The translations under genes and the position numbers were made by a program. DNA of 64,000 bases. Origin: a virus. Numbering within the stretch: position 1 is the first letter of the stretch; each line of letters opens with the position of its first letter. Positions 1 through 9,236 of this stretch are shown here, one piece after another. The stretch is taken from the IMG/VR virus record IMGVR_UViG_3300032236_001530, positions 1-64,000 of that record; one strand, written 5' to 3'. A model generated the notes under the pieces. That model searched no databases, was not told where the DNA came from, and saw nothing but the letters and a program-made list of their open reading frames with translations.

Positions 1-359
1 CATCCTTTGACCTTGTTAGTGATACATTAAAAAATGATATCAATGATATTCTTATAGCCATGAAAGATGATGATGATACTATAAGATTCGTTGTTCAAGG
101 GCTACCTCACCCTATCAATAGATTGTCTATTAATATTTATTTTACTGAAGATCCTTATGATACTAATGGTAAAGATAAGATATTAGATACTAATAAATAT
201 GAAGATGAGTTATTAAGATTAAATGATTATTTAGAAATGAATGGTTATACATTCTCTTCTTATAACTATCCAGGTGTAAGTTATGATGAAGTAACAAATG
301 ACTTCAATAAAATATTTGAGATAAAGCCAATCAATGGTTTAAATTTAATTTACAAATGA
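1..359 (+). CDS. Partial (5' truncated) member of the N-tagged paralog family
   Basis: Frame is open from window start (…DINDILIAMKDDD…RLNDYLEMNGY), matching the shared DIxDIxxExxDxG / RIxDY core. Confidence 0.75.
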   Translation, partial: SFDLVSDTLKNDINDILIAMKDDDDTIRFVVQGLPHPINRLSINIYFTEDPYDTNGKDKILDTNKYEDELLRLNDYLEMNGYTFSSYNYPGVSYDEVTNDFNKIFEIKPINGLNLIYK

Positions 360-787
360 GATATCTAAAGACATATAAAGTATTTGAATCTTCTTCTGAT
401 GAGGTTAAACAATATCTAACGGATATCTTCTTAGATATTCAAGATAAAGGAATTGAATTTGTAGGTATCAGTTCAACTACGACTAATGAAGAATTAGATA
501 CTTGCACAGTTATTATTGGTGATAGAAAGACTGCTAGGTTTAGAGCTAGAATGGAACGTAATACTAAAGTATTTCACTTATCAGATGTTTATGATAGTAT
601 TCAAATGGCTAAGAGTTATATGTCTGATGAAGGTTTCTCAGTTAATGATGTTAGAATCATTTCACCAGATAAATATGGTGAATTTGAAGTGTATGATCCT
701 TTATATAGTTTTAGTTTATATGAAAAAGGTAAAGGTGAATTGTTTAAAAAGCCAATTACTTATTTAGAATTAAAGTTCAGTAAATAA
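356..787 (+). CDS. N-tagged family protein (putative capsid-internal)
   Basis: Starts MRYLKTYKVFES; core YLTDIFLDIQDKG. Confidence 0.85.
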   Translation: MRYLKTYKVFESSSDEVKQYLTDIFLDIQDKGIEFVGISSTTTNEELDTCTVIIGDRKTARFRARMERNTKVFHLSDVYDSIQMAKSYMSDEGFSVNDVRIISPDKYGEFEVYDPLYSFSLYEKGKGELFKKPITYLELKFSK

Positions 788-797
788 TATATACACT

Positions 798-1433
798 ATG
801 AGATTTTTAAAAAGAATAAATGAAGGTTGGTCGGATGATTATGTAACAGACTTTTCTGATAATGGATTTACTATAGAAGAAACACCATCTAATATAAAAG
901 GTTCAATAAGTAAAGGTAAGTTTTTAGTAACTGATTTAAATAACTGGTTCACTGAAATGACAGATAAGTTATCAGATGATTATAAAGTCTTATCAGCTAA
1001 AACATTCTTTAATCAAACTACTGGTAATGCTAATTTTGAAATTGTGGTAGCTGAGACTGGCTTAGAAAGTGTTACTATTAATGTAGATGGTGCTGATATC
1101 GAATTTATACCTAAAACAATTATTTATATAAGTCATTATACTGATGTAAGCACTCTTCAATGGGGTGGTTTTTCTGTTAAGGGTAGATTATCAACCGGTC
1201 TAAATAAGACATTCTCAATATCCATTAAATGGAAAGATGATTTCAAAGAAATTAGTTTCTCATTATCGAATAAAGCAAGAGGTGTTACTATAACTAAAGA
1301 AAATATAGAAAAGGTATTCACGTTATTTGATTCAGGTCAAGTTAATTTTTCTAGTGAATTAACTTCTAATATTTATTCATCTAGAAAAGCTTTAGAGGAT
1401 ATTGGAATAATTAGATCAAAACTATCAGAATAA
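798..1433 (+). CDS. N-tagged hypothetical protein
   Basis: Starts MRFLKRINEG; TAATATATAC just upstream. Confidence 0.85.
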   Translation: MRFLKRINEGWSDDYVTDFSDNGFTIEETPSNIKGSISKGKFLVTDLNNWFTEMTDKLSDDYKVLSAKTFFNQTTGNANFEIVVAETGLESVTINVDGADIEFIPKTIIYISHYTDVSTLQWGGFSVKGRLSTGLNKTFSISIKWKDDFKEISFSLSNKARGVTITKENIEKVFTLFDSGQVNFSSELTSNIYSSRKALEDIGIIRSKLSE

Positions 1434-1901
1434 TTATTTAATCCTACAACTGGTTAACATAAAGTCTATCACAAATCTTGGTGTTTGACTTTGACTTTGA
1501 ATAACATCAGGTCCTAAATAATCTTTTAATCTTAAATAAACATCTTCTGATGTTCTGATAAGTTCGGTAGCATTATTTAATGATAGAATACTTGGCTCAC
1601 ACATAACTTCTAATCTTATCGGATGTCTTAATATATCATAACGAGTTTCTTTAACTGTAGCATATGACATAACGTCAGAGTCAAAAGAGTAATTAATTGG
1701 TTCCATTTCACAAGTTACTACTTCACCACTTTCTATCCAGTTATTAAATACTTTATTATCCACACGCCAGCTCATATTATCTAAGTTAACCCATTTGATT
1801 TCAAACTTTTTAGTATCCTCTAACTCTAAAAGAATATCTTCTATAGTTTCTTTATCAGGTAAGTCTTTAGGAAGTCTATTATGTAAATTAAGATTGCCCA
1901 T
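1434..1901 (-). CDS. Hypothetical protein with the family core but no typical N-tag
   Basis: TIEDILLELEDT…RLKDYL core. Confidence 0.75.
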   Translation of the reverse strand: MGNLNLHNRLPKDLPDKETIEDILLELEDTKKFEIKWVNLDNMSWRVDNKVFNNWIESGEVVTCEMEPINYSFDSDVMSYATVKETRYDILRHPIRLEVMCEPSILSLNNATELIRTSEDVYLRLKDYLGPDVIQSQSQTPRFVIDFMLTSCRIK

Positions 1902-2191
1902 TATAATATAGTTTGTAATTTCTTTTCTCTTAATACATCTAAAGGTATTTCTTCAATCACAATATTAATCGCTGAAGAATAATGACCAGTCACTGAGATA
2001 CAAGCAATACCTATAACCTTATGATTAACATAAGGAGCATAACGACCTTGACCTTTAACAACTTCCCACTCCATAGAAACCTCATCCCAATCATTTAAGA
2101 GTATTCTATAACTACCTGGGTTGTCTTTATAAAGGACTCTAACCATTGAGTTACGTTCAATATACTCGTCTATGAATTCTTTTAGTGTCAT
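1901..2191 (-). CDS. C-tagged hypothetical protein
   Basis: Ends LREKKLQTIL. Confidence 0.8.
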   Translation of the reverse strand: MTLKEFIDEYIERNSMVRVLYKDNPGSYRILLNDWDEVSMEWEVVKGQGRYAPYVNHKVIGIACISVTGHYSSAINIVIEEIPLDVLREKKLQTIL

Positions 2192-2478
2192 AATAATTTA
2201 TTTAACTTGTAATTTCTAATTGCTTGTAAAACCTCATCACATTGTGAAAAGTCTAAACCCATATCATCTGTGAATATATTACCTACTAATTTAGTTTCAC
2301 CATCATAATCTTCATTGACCAATTTAGATAGTTCAGCACTATCATATTCATATAACTGTGATTTGAAAAGTGAATATTCATAACCAACCGCATAATACCA
2401 CTTACTATTTAAATAAAGAAATCTTGACCAACTATTTACGGTTTGACCAATATCCCAAACGTCACCATTCTTAATCAT
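2188..2478 (-). CDS. C-tagged hypothetical protein
   Basis: Ends IRNYKLNKLL. Confidence 0.8.
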   Translation of the reverse strand: MIKNGDVWDIGQTVNSWSRFLYLNSKWYYAVGYEYSLFKSQLYEYDSAELSKLVNEDYDGETKLVGNIFTDDMGLDFSQCDEVLQAIRNYKLNKLL

Positions 2479-2807
2479 GTAGTAATATTTCTATTTTAAT
2501 ATCTCTTAGAAAGACTTTCATCTTTTCTTTATCTACTCTTAGTGCGTCACTTGGAATAACATCGTGATGAGTTAACGCATAAGTTAAACCACCACCGTGT
2601 TCTTTATAAGTATACCAAAAGTAATCAGCCTCAGGTTCTCTCAAAAGAATATCTAATATATCTTTTAATGATTCGCCTTCAACATAAAGTCTCATATTGA
2701 TAGTGAGATTCTTCTCCACAAGGACGTGGACCTACTTTAGGGTTATTACTTTTTAATAACCATTGAGTAAAGTCTTCAGTAAAACATTCTCTTAACCTTT
2801 CTATCAT
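2471..2807 (-). pseudogene. Frameshifted paralog of 6397..6720 (pseudogene or +1 recoded gene)
   Basis: ATG at 2807 gives MIERLRECFTEDFTQWLLKSNNPKVGP (matches the paralog N-terminus); the C-terminal match is in the +1 frame; total length 337 nt = 3n+1. Confidence 0.75.
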
Positions 2808-3049
2808 TAATAAGTTGTTAGAATTGATACATCTTGATTAGGAATCCAATACAATTCATCTAATGATTTTACAGTGTCAGTAGAAGCATTAAGATAGTAT
2901 CTACTAAACTTTTCAATAGCCTCTTCTTTAGAATTAGCTTTACAGATAGCGGCATCATCTTGACACCCTGGTAAGAAAGCCGCCATGTGAATATCATCGT
3001 CTTTTGGTTCTACTCGATCACCATAACTGGTGTAAATATAAATGTTCAT
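2807..3049 (-). CDS. Hypothetical protein
   Basis: ORF track; packed within operon. Confidence 0.7.
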   Translation of the reverse strand: MNIYIYTSYGDRVEPKDDDIHMAAFLPGCQDDAAICKANSKEEAIEKFSRYYLNASTDTVKSLDELYWIPNQDVSILTTY

Positions 3050-3148
3050 TATTAAAGGATGTTAAGTTCTACTTCTTTAATTTCTAGTTGATTTAGGATA
3101 AACTCTACTTTTAGGTGCGGTTACTATAATCTTAACCTCGTCACCATT

Positions 3149-3598
3149 TTATTGTTTATTAAAGTGTTTTGAGAAATCGAAGTCTTTTACCAAGACTTTA
3201 TATTTAAGTGAGCCAATACCATTATCAGTTACAATCCATATTAAAGGTTTAATACTCATAATATAATCTACTAAGGCTTCTGGTACTTCACCAAATACTT
3301 CAGTGTATTTAGCTCTAGCATCATCTACTTTTACATAGTATTGATTGCCTTCTATAAATTCGTTTACGGATTTAGTACAGGTGTATAAAGAAACTAAACC
3401 ATTATCAATATCTAAATTGATTCTGGTATCTTCTTCTTCAGCCATCTGGTCTTTAAGATCACCAATCTGATTCTTTAGTTCTTTGATGATATCAGTATGT
3501 TCGGCAATAAGTGATTCATCAATTGAATCTATAAGACTTTGTTTAGCATCAATAGTTTGTGCTTCATCAAAATCTTCTATTAATTGTTCTATATTCAT
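3149..3598 (-). CDS. Acidic coiled-coil hypothetical protein
   Basis: ORF; TACATTTG promoter just upstream. Confidence 0.75.
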   Translation of the reverse strand: MNIEQLIEDFDEAQTIDAKQSLIDSIDESLIAEHTDIIKELKNQIGDLKDQMAEEEDTRINLDIDNGLVSLYTCTKSVNEFIEGNQYYVKVDDARAKYTEVFGEVPEALVDYIMSIKPLIWIVTDNGIGSLKYKVLVKDFDFSKHFNKQ

Positions 3599-3622
3599 AA
3601 TACAAATGTAAGAAATTAATTT

Positions 3623-3847
3623 TTATATTCCTAATTCTTTTAATTTAAATTCTCTTTCCCATTCAATAATATCACTTTCTAAATAACTCTTTAAAATCCT
3701 TTCACGAGGAGTTTGAACAAAATATCTAACTTCACCAGGAACATAATAAGAATCACCGTGATATGGTTTAACTTCTTTTACTATTTTTACTTGTAGAAGC
3801 CGATTGTTTATTTTAATATAAGTGATATCACCTCTTTCATATCTCAT
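3623..3847 (-). CDS. C-tagged hypothetical protein
   Basis: Ends EREFKLKELGI. Confidence 0.8.
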   Translation of the reverse strand: MRYERGDITYIKINNRLLQVKIVKEVKPYHGDSYYVPGEVRYFVQTPRERILKSYLESDIIEWEREFKLKELGI

Positions 3848-4071
3848 AGTATCTTATTTAATTTTTGTTCACGATACTCTTCTAATGATATCCATCTATC
3901 TCTTGAGAGTTTATTAGCACCATTAAATACAAAGGGCCAACTATCACCATTATCATCTCGCACTAAAAAATAAGCGGAATCATCACCATCGGTCATTTTG
4001 ATAAAATCATATATCTTACCTACACTCAATATATCTTCGAGTTGAATATTATTAATACAAACTAATTTCAT
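3844..4071 (-). CDS. C-tagged small beta-barrel-like protein
   Basis: MKLVCINN…LSVGKIY…; ends YREQKLNKIL. Confidence 0.8.
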   Translation of the reverse strand: MKLVCINNIQLEDILSVGKIYDFIKMTDGDDSAYFLVRDDNGDSWPFVFNGANKLSRDRWISLEEYREQKLNKIL

Positions 4072-4310
4072 ATTCCTAGTTTATCTATTTGTTGTTCACG
4101 ATAATCTTCTAAGGTAATAAAGTTATCAGGGTTAACATCCATAGTTGTTTCTAATTTATCGTGGTATATAATAAGATGATCCTCAGTACCCCAAGTTGAT
4201 CTATCATACACTTCAAAGATATCACCTTTACAGTAAGCTCTTTCATAATAAACCCCATTATGATGATGTGGTGAACGAAAAGGCGCATCATTAATAGCAA
4301 TTACTTTCAT
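4068..4310 (-). CDS. C-tagged hypothetical protein
   Basis: Ends YREQQIDKLGI. Confidence 0.8.
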   Translation of the reverse strand: MKVIAINDAPFRSPHHHNGVYYERAYCKGDIFEVYDRSTWGTEDHLIIYHDKLETTMDVNPDNFITLEDYREQQIDKLGI

Positions 4311-4627
4311 AAAAATTTATTTATTTTAATTTCTCTAATAGCTGATTTTAATATATTTTTATATACTTCCCTAAACTCTGATAGTTTACACGAGATATCT
4401 TCACCTATCTCCTTTTTACTATTACCCACATTATCTTCATTGATTCCACAAGATTCATCTAAGATAGTTTTAATTCTAGTACAATTAAAAATAACATCAT
4501 CATTATCTAAAAATTCAATTGATTTTATATAAACATCAATAGCCATTTTATCACCAGTAACAACTGATTTATTAAACTCATATATGTGTTTAACTATAAC
4601 ATCGTTATCCGATTTTGTTAATATCAT
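4307..4627 (-). CDS. C-tagged hypothetical protein
   Basis: Ends IREIKINKFL. Confidence 0.8.
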   Translation of the reverse strand: MILTKSDNDVIVKHIYEFNKSVVTGDKMAIDVYIKSIEFLDNDDVIFNCTRIKTILDESCGINEDNVGNSKKEIGEDISCKLSEFREVYKNILKSAIREIKINKFL

Positions 4628-4872
4628 AGTATCTTGTCTAATTGTTTTTGACGGTATTCTTCTAATGTAATAAAATCATTCTCATTATTTAGGTCAATAA
4701 GATATGATCGACCATCATCACCTATAAAAGAAGTGATGCTTAAATCAACATCAGTAAATGGACATATAGAGACATCCTTGATGAATTCATATACCTTTCC
4801 CTCTGTTAATAATTGCTTATTAACATAATTACTATTAATACAAACCCATTTAGATTTAATTGTGGTATTCAT
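4624..4872 (-). CDS. C-tagged small beta-barrel-like protein (start revised to MNTT)
   Basis: WVCIN…LTEGKVY; ends YRQKQLDKIL; the upstream extension is the promoter. Confidence 0.8.
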   Translation of the reverse strand: MNTTIKSKWVCINSNYVNKQLLTEGKVYEFIKDVSICPFTDVDLSITSFIGDDGRSYLIDLNNENDFITLEEYRQKQLDKIL

Positions 4873-4909
4873 AATGCAAATATACAAAATATTATTTAAT
4901 ATATACTAT
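4873..4909. promoter_or_regulatory. Back-to-back promoters: host-type TAnnTTTG (minus) and AATATATA motif (plus)
   Basis: gcaaatata and taatatatac within 37 nt between divergent ATGs; the same layout recurs about 10 times. Confidence 0.7.
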
Positions 4910-5167
4910 ATGAGAATTAAAAGATTTAACGAAGAGTGGGAATACACTTATAAGGAAGAACCAGATACTTTAAGAGTAATGGGCAATGATGCTTATAAAT
5001 CACCTATAAGTAATTCAGTTATTAAATTATCAGTAACTAAGAATAAAAATGGTAGAACCAATGCTCTTGTTATTCAAACTAATGAAGGTGGTGCTGTTAT
5101 TAATGATCCAGCCGGTATTGATAAGTTAATTGATTGGTTAATGGAATACAAAGATACAATGTATTAA
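4910..5167 (+). CDS. N-tagged protein, paralog of 59217..59474
   Basis: Starts MRIKRFNEE; same length and highly similar to the 59217 ORF. Confidence 0.85.
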   Translation: MRIKRFNEEWEYTYKEEPDTLRVMGNDAYKSPISNSVIKLSVTKNKNGRTNALVIQTNEGGAVINDPAGIDKLIDWLMEYKDTMY

Positions 5168-5391
5168 TTCTTTTCAAACATTACTAAAATAGTTTTAGCT
5201 TCTTCAATTCTAAGAGATAAAACATAAGTATCAATTTGAAAGGCTATTGGATCACCACCAGGTGCTACAAATAGTTTAGTTATTTCAGTTCCCTCAATAC
5301 AACCCATTTCAACTAATCTTTGAGCAAAATTGCTTTGTTGAACTGAATCAATCTTATATGGTTTACCTATTTTTATAGTATCTGCTGTCAT
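5164..5391 (-). CDS. feoA: FeoA-family protein
   Basis: RLVEMGCIEGTEI…APGGDPI…LSLRIEEAKTI is a typical FeoA signature. Confidence 0.85.
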   Translation of the reverse strand: MTADTIKIGKPYKIDSVQQSNFAQRLVEMGCIEGTEITKLFVAPGGDPIAFQIDTYVLSLRIEEAKTILVMFEKN

Positions 5392-5630
5392 AGTATAGAA
5401 CTCAATTTAATATCTCGTTCTTTTTGCTTAAGTCTTGATTCATATTCAGATAAGGGTATGAATATTCTTTCTTCAAATGGTGCTCTGTAAGTAGCAACTA
5501 TAGCTGGTATTGAATTATACTTTTCTCTTAATAGTACATTATCCCAAATCATAAAAGATTTCTTATCTTCTTCTGGTAGGAATTCAAATAGAATATCATA
5601 ATCAAATTTCATATTCTTAATGTATTTCAT
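5388..5630 (-). CDS. C-tagged hypothetical protein
   Basis: Ends ERDIKLSSIL. Confidence 0.8.
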   Translation of the reverse strand: MKYIKNMKFDYDILFEFLPEEDKKSFMIWDNVLLREKYNSIPAIVATYRAPFEERIFIPLSEYESRLKQKERDIKLSSIL

Positions 5631-5947
5631 ATACCTAATGTTTTTAATTTATTATCTCTTACTACAGATTTATAGTTCTCGATTAGTTTATGAACCTCAT
5701 CGGCTTTAATATGTTCATCATTACACAGACACCAATTCATTTGATAACACTCTGCTTGTGCCCAATCATCATCATCTTCAGTTCTATAAATATAACCTAC
5801 ACTATATTTATTACCTAAGATTTCAAATTTGTATTCAGCACCTTGATCGTTGTTGTATTCATCACCTTCAAATATCTCTCGGTGTTTAAATTGGATAGGA
5901 GAATCTTTTAAGTTTCTAATATATCCAAATAGTTCTTCATTATTCAC
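5627..5947 (-). CDS. C-tagged hypothetical protein
   Basis: Ends VRDNKLKTLGI; TATATTTG upstream. Confidence 0.8.
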   Translation of the reverse strand: MNNEELFGYIRNLKDSPIQFKHREIFEGDEYNNDQGAEYKFEILGNKYSVGYIYRTEDDDDWAQAECYQMNWCLCNDEHIKADEVHKLIENYKSVVRDNKLKTLGI

Positions 5948-5992
5948 ATGGCAAATATAAGGAATATATTTCAGTATTTTTATATATACCTT

Positions 5993-6400
5993 ATGAAATA
6001 TTTAAAAAAATTTAATGAAGAATACCTTGATAAAGAAGTATCTGATTACTTAGCAGATATTGGTATTGCTCTTCAAGATATCGGAGTTAAGATGGTGTTT
6101 CAAAATCAAGGTAGCAAAGTAATAATGTATCTAACTGGTGGTATCGGATTTACTTTTACATTAGCCGATATCAGAGAAGAAGTAAATCACATTATACATT
6201 TTATGGAAGCTTCCGGTCATAAGTTATTATCAGCTAGATATAAACCATATAGACAAAATATTATATGGACTATTATGTATGAGGTAGATAGATTAAATAG
6301 ATGGGGTATACCTCAACAAAAAGAAGATATCTTTGATATTCAAGATTTTGATTTAAGTAAAGAAAGAATAGAAAGCTTTGAGTTAAAGTTTTCTAACTAA
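5993..6400 (+). CDS. N-tagged family protein (start revised)
   Basis: MKYLKKFNEE; YLADIGIALQDIG; ends ELKFSN like the 356 ORF. Confidence 0.85.
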   Translation: MKYLKKFNEEYLDKEVSDYLADIGIALQDIGVKMVFQNQGSKVIMYLTGGIGFTFTLADIREEVNHIIHFMEASGHKLLSARYKPYRQNIIWTIMYEVDRLNRWGIPQQKEDIFDIQDFDLSKERIESFELKFSN

Positions 6401-6720
6401 TTTAATAACATTTTTAATTTAATATCTCTTAGAAATACTTTAATCTTTTCTTTATTAACTCTTAGTGCATTAGATGGCACAACATCGTGATGTGGTAAAG
6501 CATAAGTTAAACCACCACCGTGTTCTTTATAAGTATACCAAAAGTAATCAGCCTCAGGTTCTCTTAAAAGAATATCTAATATCTCTCTTAATGATTCACT
6601 TTCAACATCAATTCTCATGTTGGTAAATCTTTGTTCACCTAAATAAGGACCTACCTTTGGATTATTACTTTTTAATAACCAAGTAGTGAAATCTTCTATA
6701 AAGCATTCTTTTAATTTCAT
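6397..6720 (-). CDS. C-tagged hypothetical protein (intact paralog of 2471..2807)
   Basis: Shared EPEADYFWYTYKEHGGGLTYAL; ends LRDIKLKMLLN. Confidence 0.85.
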   Translation of the reverse strand: MKLKECFIEDFTTWLLKSNNPKVGPYLGEQRFTNMRIDVESESLREILDILLREPEADYFWYTYKEHGGGLTYALPHHDVVPSNALRVNKEKIKVFLRDIKLKMLLN

Positions 6721-7007
6721 AGTAATTGATTTAATTTTTCATCACGAAATATTTCAATAATTTCTGATTCTGTTATTCCTAAAAATCCTCTTTTATTGAA
6801 AACAAAGATTTCTTTTTCAGTGGCTAATCTATGTTTGTATTGAGACGTATCAATATAACCAAATATATTATACTTACTTACACCACCTTCGTCATGATAA
6901 TTTTCTAATGAATAAAACATTAAACGATTAGATTTAAATGCTTTACCCATGGTGATATTACCACTAGGCCATATCCTAACTACTAAATCATTTTCTTTCA
7001 TAATCAT
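6717..7007 (-). CDS. C-tagged hypothetical protein
   Basis: Ends FRDEKLNQLL. Confidence 0.8.
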   Translation of the reverse strand: MIMKENDLVVRIWPSGNITMGKAFKSNRLMFYSLENYHDEGGVSKYNIFGYIDTSQYKHRLATEKEIFVFNKRGFLGITESEIIEIFRDEKLNQLL

Positions 7008-7062
7008 TTAATTCATCATCCCGTTATCTAAATCTTTATTATTAAAGGGTATCCACATAGAA

Positions 7063-7308
7063 TTATTCTTTAATTAACCTATATTTACCATAGTACCATG
7101 ATCCGGTAAACACAATAGTTTTATCTTCGGAGTTATTAGTTTTCAACCAGAAGTCATGATCCCATCCATTAGTATTCATATCATCATCAAAAATATATCC
7201 AAATTCTTCGAGTATATTTAGTACGGTATCAGGGATAGCATAGTCTAATGCTAGTTCTTTTTGGTCACTATTAATAAAGTTTTGTATAATTGTTTTCATA
7301 TATTTCAT
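7063..7308 (-). CDS. Hypothetical protein
   Basis: ORF track. Confidence 0.7.
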   Translation of the reverse strand: MKYMKTIIQNFINSDQKELALDYAIPDTVLNILEEFGYIFDDDMNTNGWDHDFWLKTNNSEDKTIVFTGSWYYGKYRLIKE

Positions 7309-7378
7309 ATTAATTTATCAATTTGTAATTCGTTTTAATCTGTTTTAAAGTCTTTTGCATAATTATTTCTTTTTCTTA

Positions 7379-7726
7379 TTATTTTTTTACTACTTTGAAT
7401 AGTGCTTTTTCAATTGAATAACCATTATTAATAAAATATTTTAAACTATCTACATTACAATGTGCATAAATAGTTTTCTCAGAATCTTTTATTTTAGAGT
7501 CACGATAGTTCCAAAGAAGTTTATAAATACCTTTTTCGCGATGCTCTTTTTTAACAAAAGCATGGCATAAGTATATCACAGATGGGTGTTCTACATACGA
7601 AACAATACCTACTAATTCTTCTTTAATAAAACAACCATAGTATGTTGCAAATTCATCTAGTAGGTCAGGTTTAATCTCAGAGAATTCCTGATATACTTCT
7701 TTGTATGTTATTTTTTTTATCTCCAT
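7379..7726 (-). CDS. GNAT-family acetyltransferase (start revised to MEIKK)
   Basis: AFVKKEHREKGIYKLL acetyl-CoA motif A. Confidence 0.75.
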   Translation of the reverse strand: MEIKKITYKEVYQEFSEIKPDLLDEFATYYGCFIKEELVGIVSYVEHPSVIYLCHAFVKKEHREKGIYKLLWNYRDSKIKDSEKTIYAHCNVDSLKYFINNGYSIEKALFKVVKK

Positions 7727-7763
7727 GTTGCAAAAATAAGGAATTAATTTAATAATATAAGGA

Positions 7764-7973
7764 TTAAACCCCAATCAATTTCTTTCTCTTAGAAAAATTA
7801 TACATAACGGCTACAACTAAAACAACGGCTACAAATGATAAGAATAGTGGTATGTAATAATTTTGATGATGTTGAATTGGATAACCAATACCTGGTACCC
7901 ATCTTGATGTATCAACTTGTGCAAATACCGATCCTGATAAAAAGGTAAGAAATATAAATAAAATGTTTTTCAT
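7764..7973 (-). CDS. Small secreted/membrane protein
   Basis: Signal peptide SVFA|Q and C-terminal TM helix. Confidence 0.7.
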   Translation of the reverse strand: MKNILFIFLTFLSGSVFAQVDTSRWVPGIGYPIQHHQNYYIPLFLSFVAVVLVVAVMYNFSKRKKLIGV

Positions 7974-8144
7974 GATGTTTTTTTGCATTTATATAGCTTA
8001 TGATAAAGTATGTTTATTAATTATGATATATAATTAATGTTTATTTATTTAGGGTTTGTATCTACTATAGTGCTTTTGTTTTTAATTGATGTTTTTATAT
8101 TTAAAAAGATTAAGAAATCAAAGTGAGTTATTAATATATATGTT

Positions 8145-8450
8145 ATGGAAAATATTAAAAGTTTTGAAAGTTTCACAAATGAAGGGTTGAAAAGTAAGAT
8201 AGCAACAGGTGCTGTGGCTTTATCTACATTAATGCCTATGTCTGGTAAATCACAAGATAAAGATGGTGATAAAACTGAAGATAAAAAAGAACAAGTTTAT
8301 ACAGCTACTAGAATTGGTAAGTTAAAAAATTATAATGTTGTTTATTTCAAAAGAGATACTAAGTCAAAATTTTCTTTTTATCCAATCTTTATAAAACTAA
8401 AAGACACTACTAGAACCTATAATGTAGGTGATACTATACAAGTACAATAA
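8145..8450 (+). CDS. N-tagged protein with signal-peptide-like segment after the tag
   Basis: MENIKSFESFTNE then GLKSKIATGAVALSTLMPMSGKS|Q. Confidence 0.8.
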   Translation: MENIKSFESFTNEGLKSKIATGAVALSTLMPMSGKSQDKDGDKTEDKKEQVYTATRIGKLKNYNVVYFKRDTKSKFSFYPIFIKLKDTTRTYNVGDTIQVQ

Positions 8451-8451
8451 T

Positions 8452-8805
8452 ATGAAACACTTAAAATCATACAACGAGTCATTTACTTCTGATATTATAC
8501 CAATGGCGGCATCTATGCTTTCTGTATTAGCCTTAGTTACGATACCATTTATACCAGTAGCTTTAGCTGATGCTAAAAAAGATAAAGAAGATAAATTAAA
8601 AAAGATGGCTATCAGAGATAGTGTCATGAGAACTATCTTAGAAAAGATAGGTAGAAACTATCAAGCTCAGGCTTTATTGAACTCTTATAAATTAGGTGAA
8701 ATAAGTATTGAAGAGTTTGCTAATAAGATGAAAAGTATATTAAAACTTATTTTAACACCGACTCAATATGGTTATTGTGAAGATGTTATAGATAGCTTAA
8801 AATAG
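8452..8805 (+). CDS. N-tagged membrane/secreted protein (start revised)
   Basis: MKHLKSYNES then hydrophobic MAASMLSVLALVTIPFIPVALA. Confidence 0.8.
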   Translation: MKHLKSYNESFTSDIIPMAASMLSVLALVTIPFIPVALADAKKDKEDKLKKMAIRDSVMRTILEKIGRNYQAQALLNSYKLGEISIEEFANKMKSILKLILTPTQYGYCEDVIDSLK

Positions 8806-8822
8806 TTTTAATCAATTTTATA

Positions 8823-9224
8823 TTACCATCTTCCTTGTTCTCTTAATCCTTTATATGTTTCTAATTCTTCACCAGTTTTAACCCAGTGATTCCAATTCTT
8901 TCTTAATTTATCAAAATCATAATCTAAAGCCGAACCACCGTGTCTTTTTACATGCGACATAACAGATTCAGATACAATAGAAAAATGGTCGTATTCATTT
9001 TTACCACAACCACAAGCGGTTGACCTGCCGTTGTTATATTCCCAAACTAAAGGTTTAAGATTACAATTAGGACAAACGAGCCACCCATCTAATTTATTAG
9101 GAATTTGGTAAGCAGATATACATTTGTATTTACCACTAATTATATCAATTTTAATATCTCTTACTGATTGTGTGGTATTATCCATACTTTTTATTTGACT
9201 TATTTTATTAATTCTACAAACCAA
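8823..9224 (-). CDS. Zn-ribbon-like hypothetical protein
   Basis: CPNC…CGCG; start uncertain (possibly 9185). Confidence 0.7.
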   Translation of the reverse strand: MVCRINKISQIKSMDNTTQSVRDIKIDIISGKYKCISAYQIPNKLDGWLVCPNCNLKPLVWEYNNGRSTACGCGKNEYDHFSIVSESVMSHVKRHGGSALDYDFDKLRKNWNHWVKTGEELETYKGLREQGRW

Positions 9225-9236
9225 GTATCTTACGCT

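Noticed and set aside
3050-3148. Possible read-through extension after the 3149..3598 stop (NGDEVKIIVTAPK…)
   Set aside because: Short and equally explained as a gene remnant; no supporting signal.
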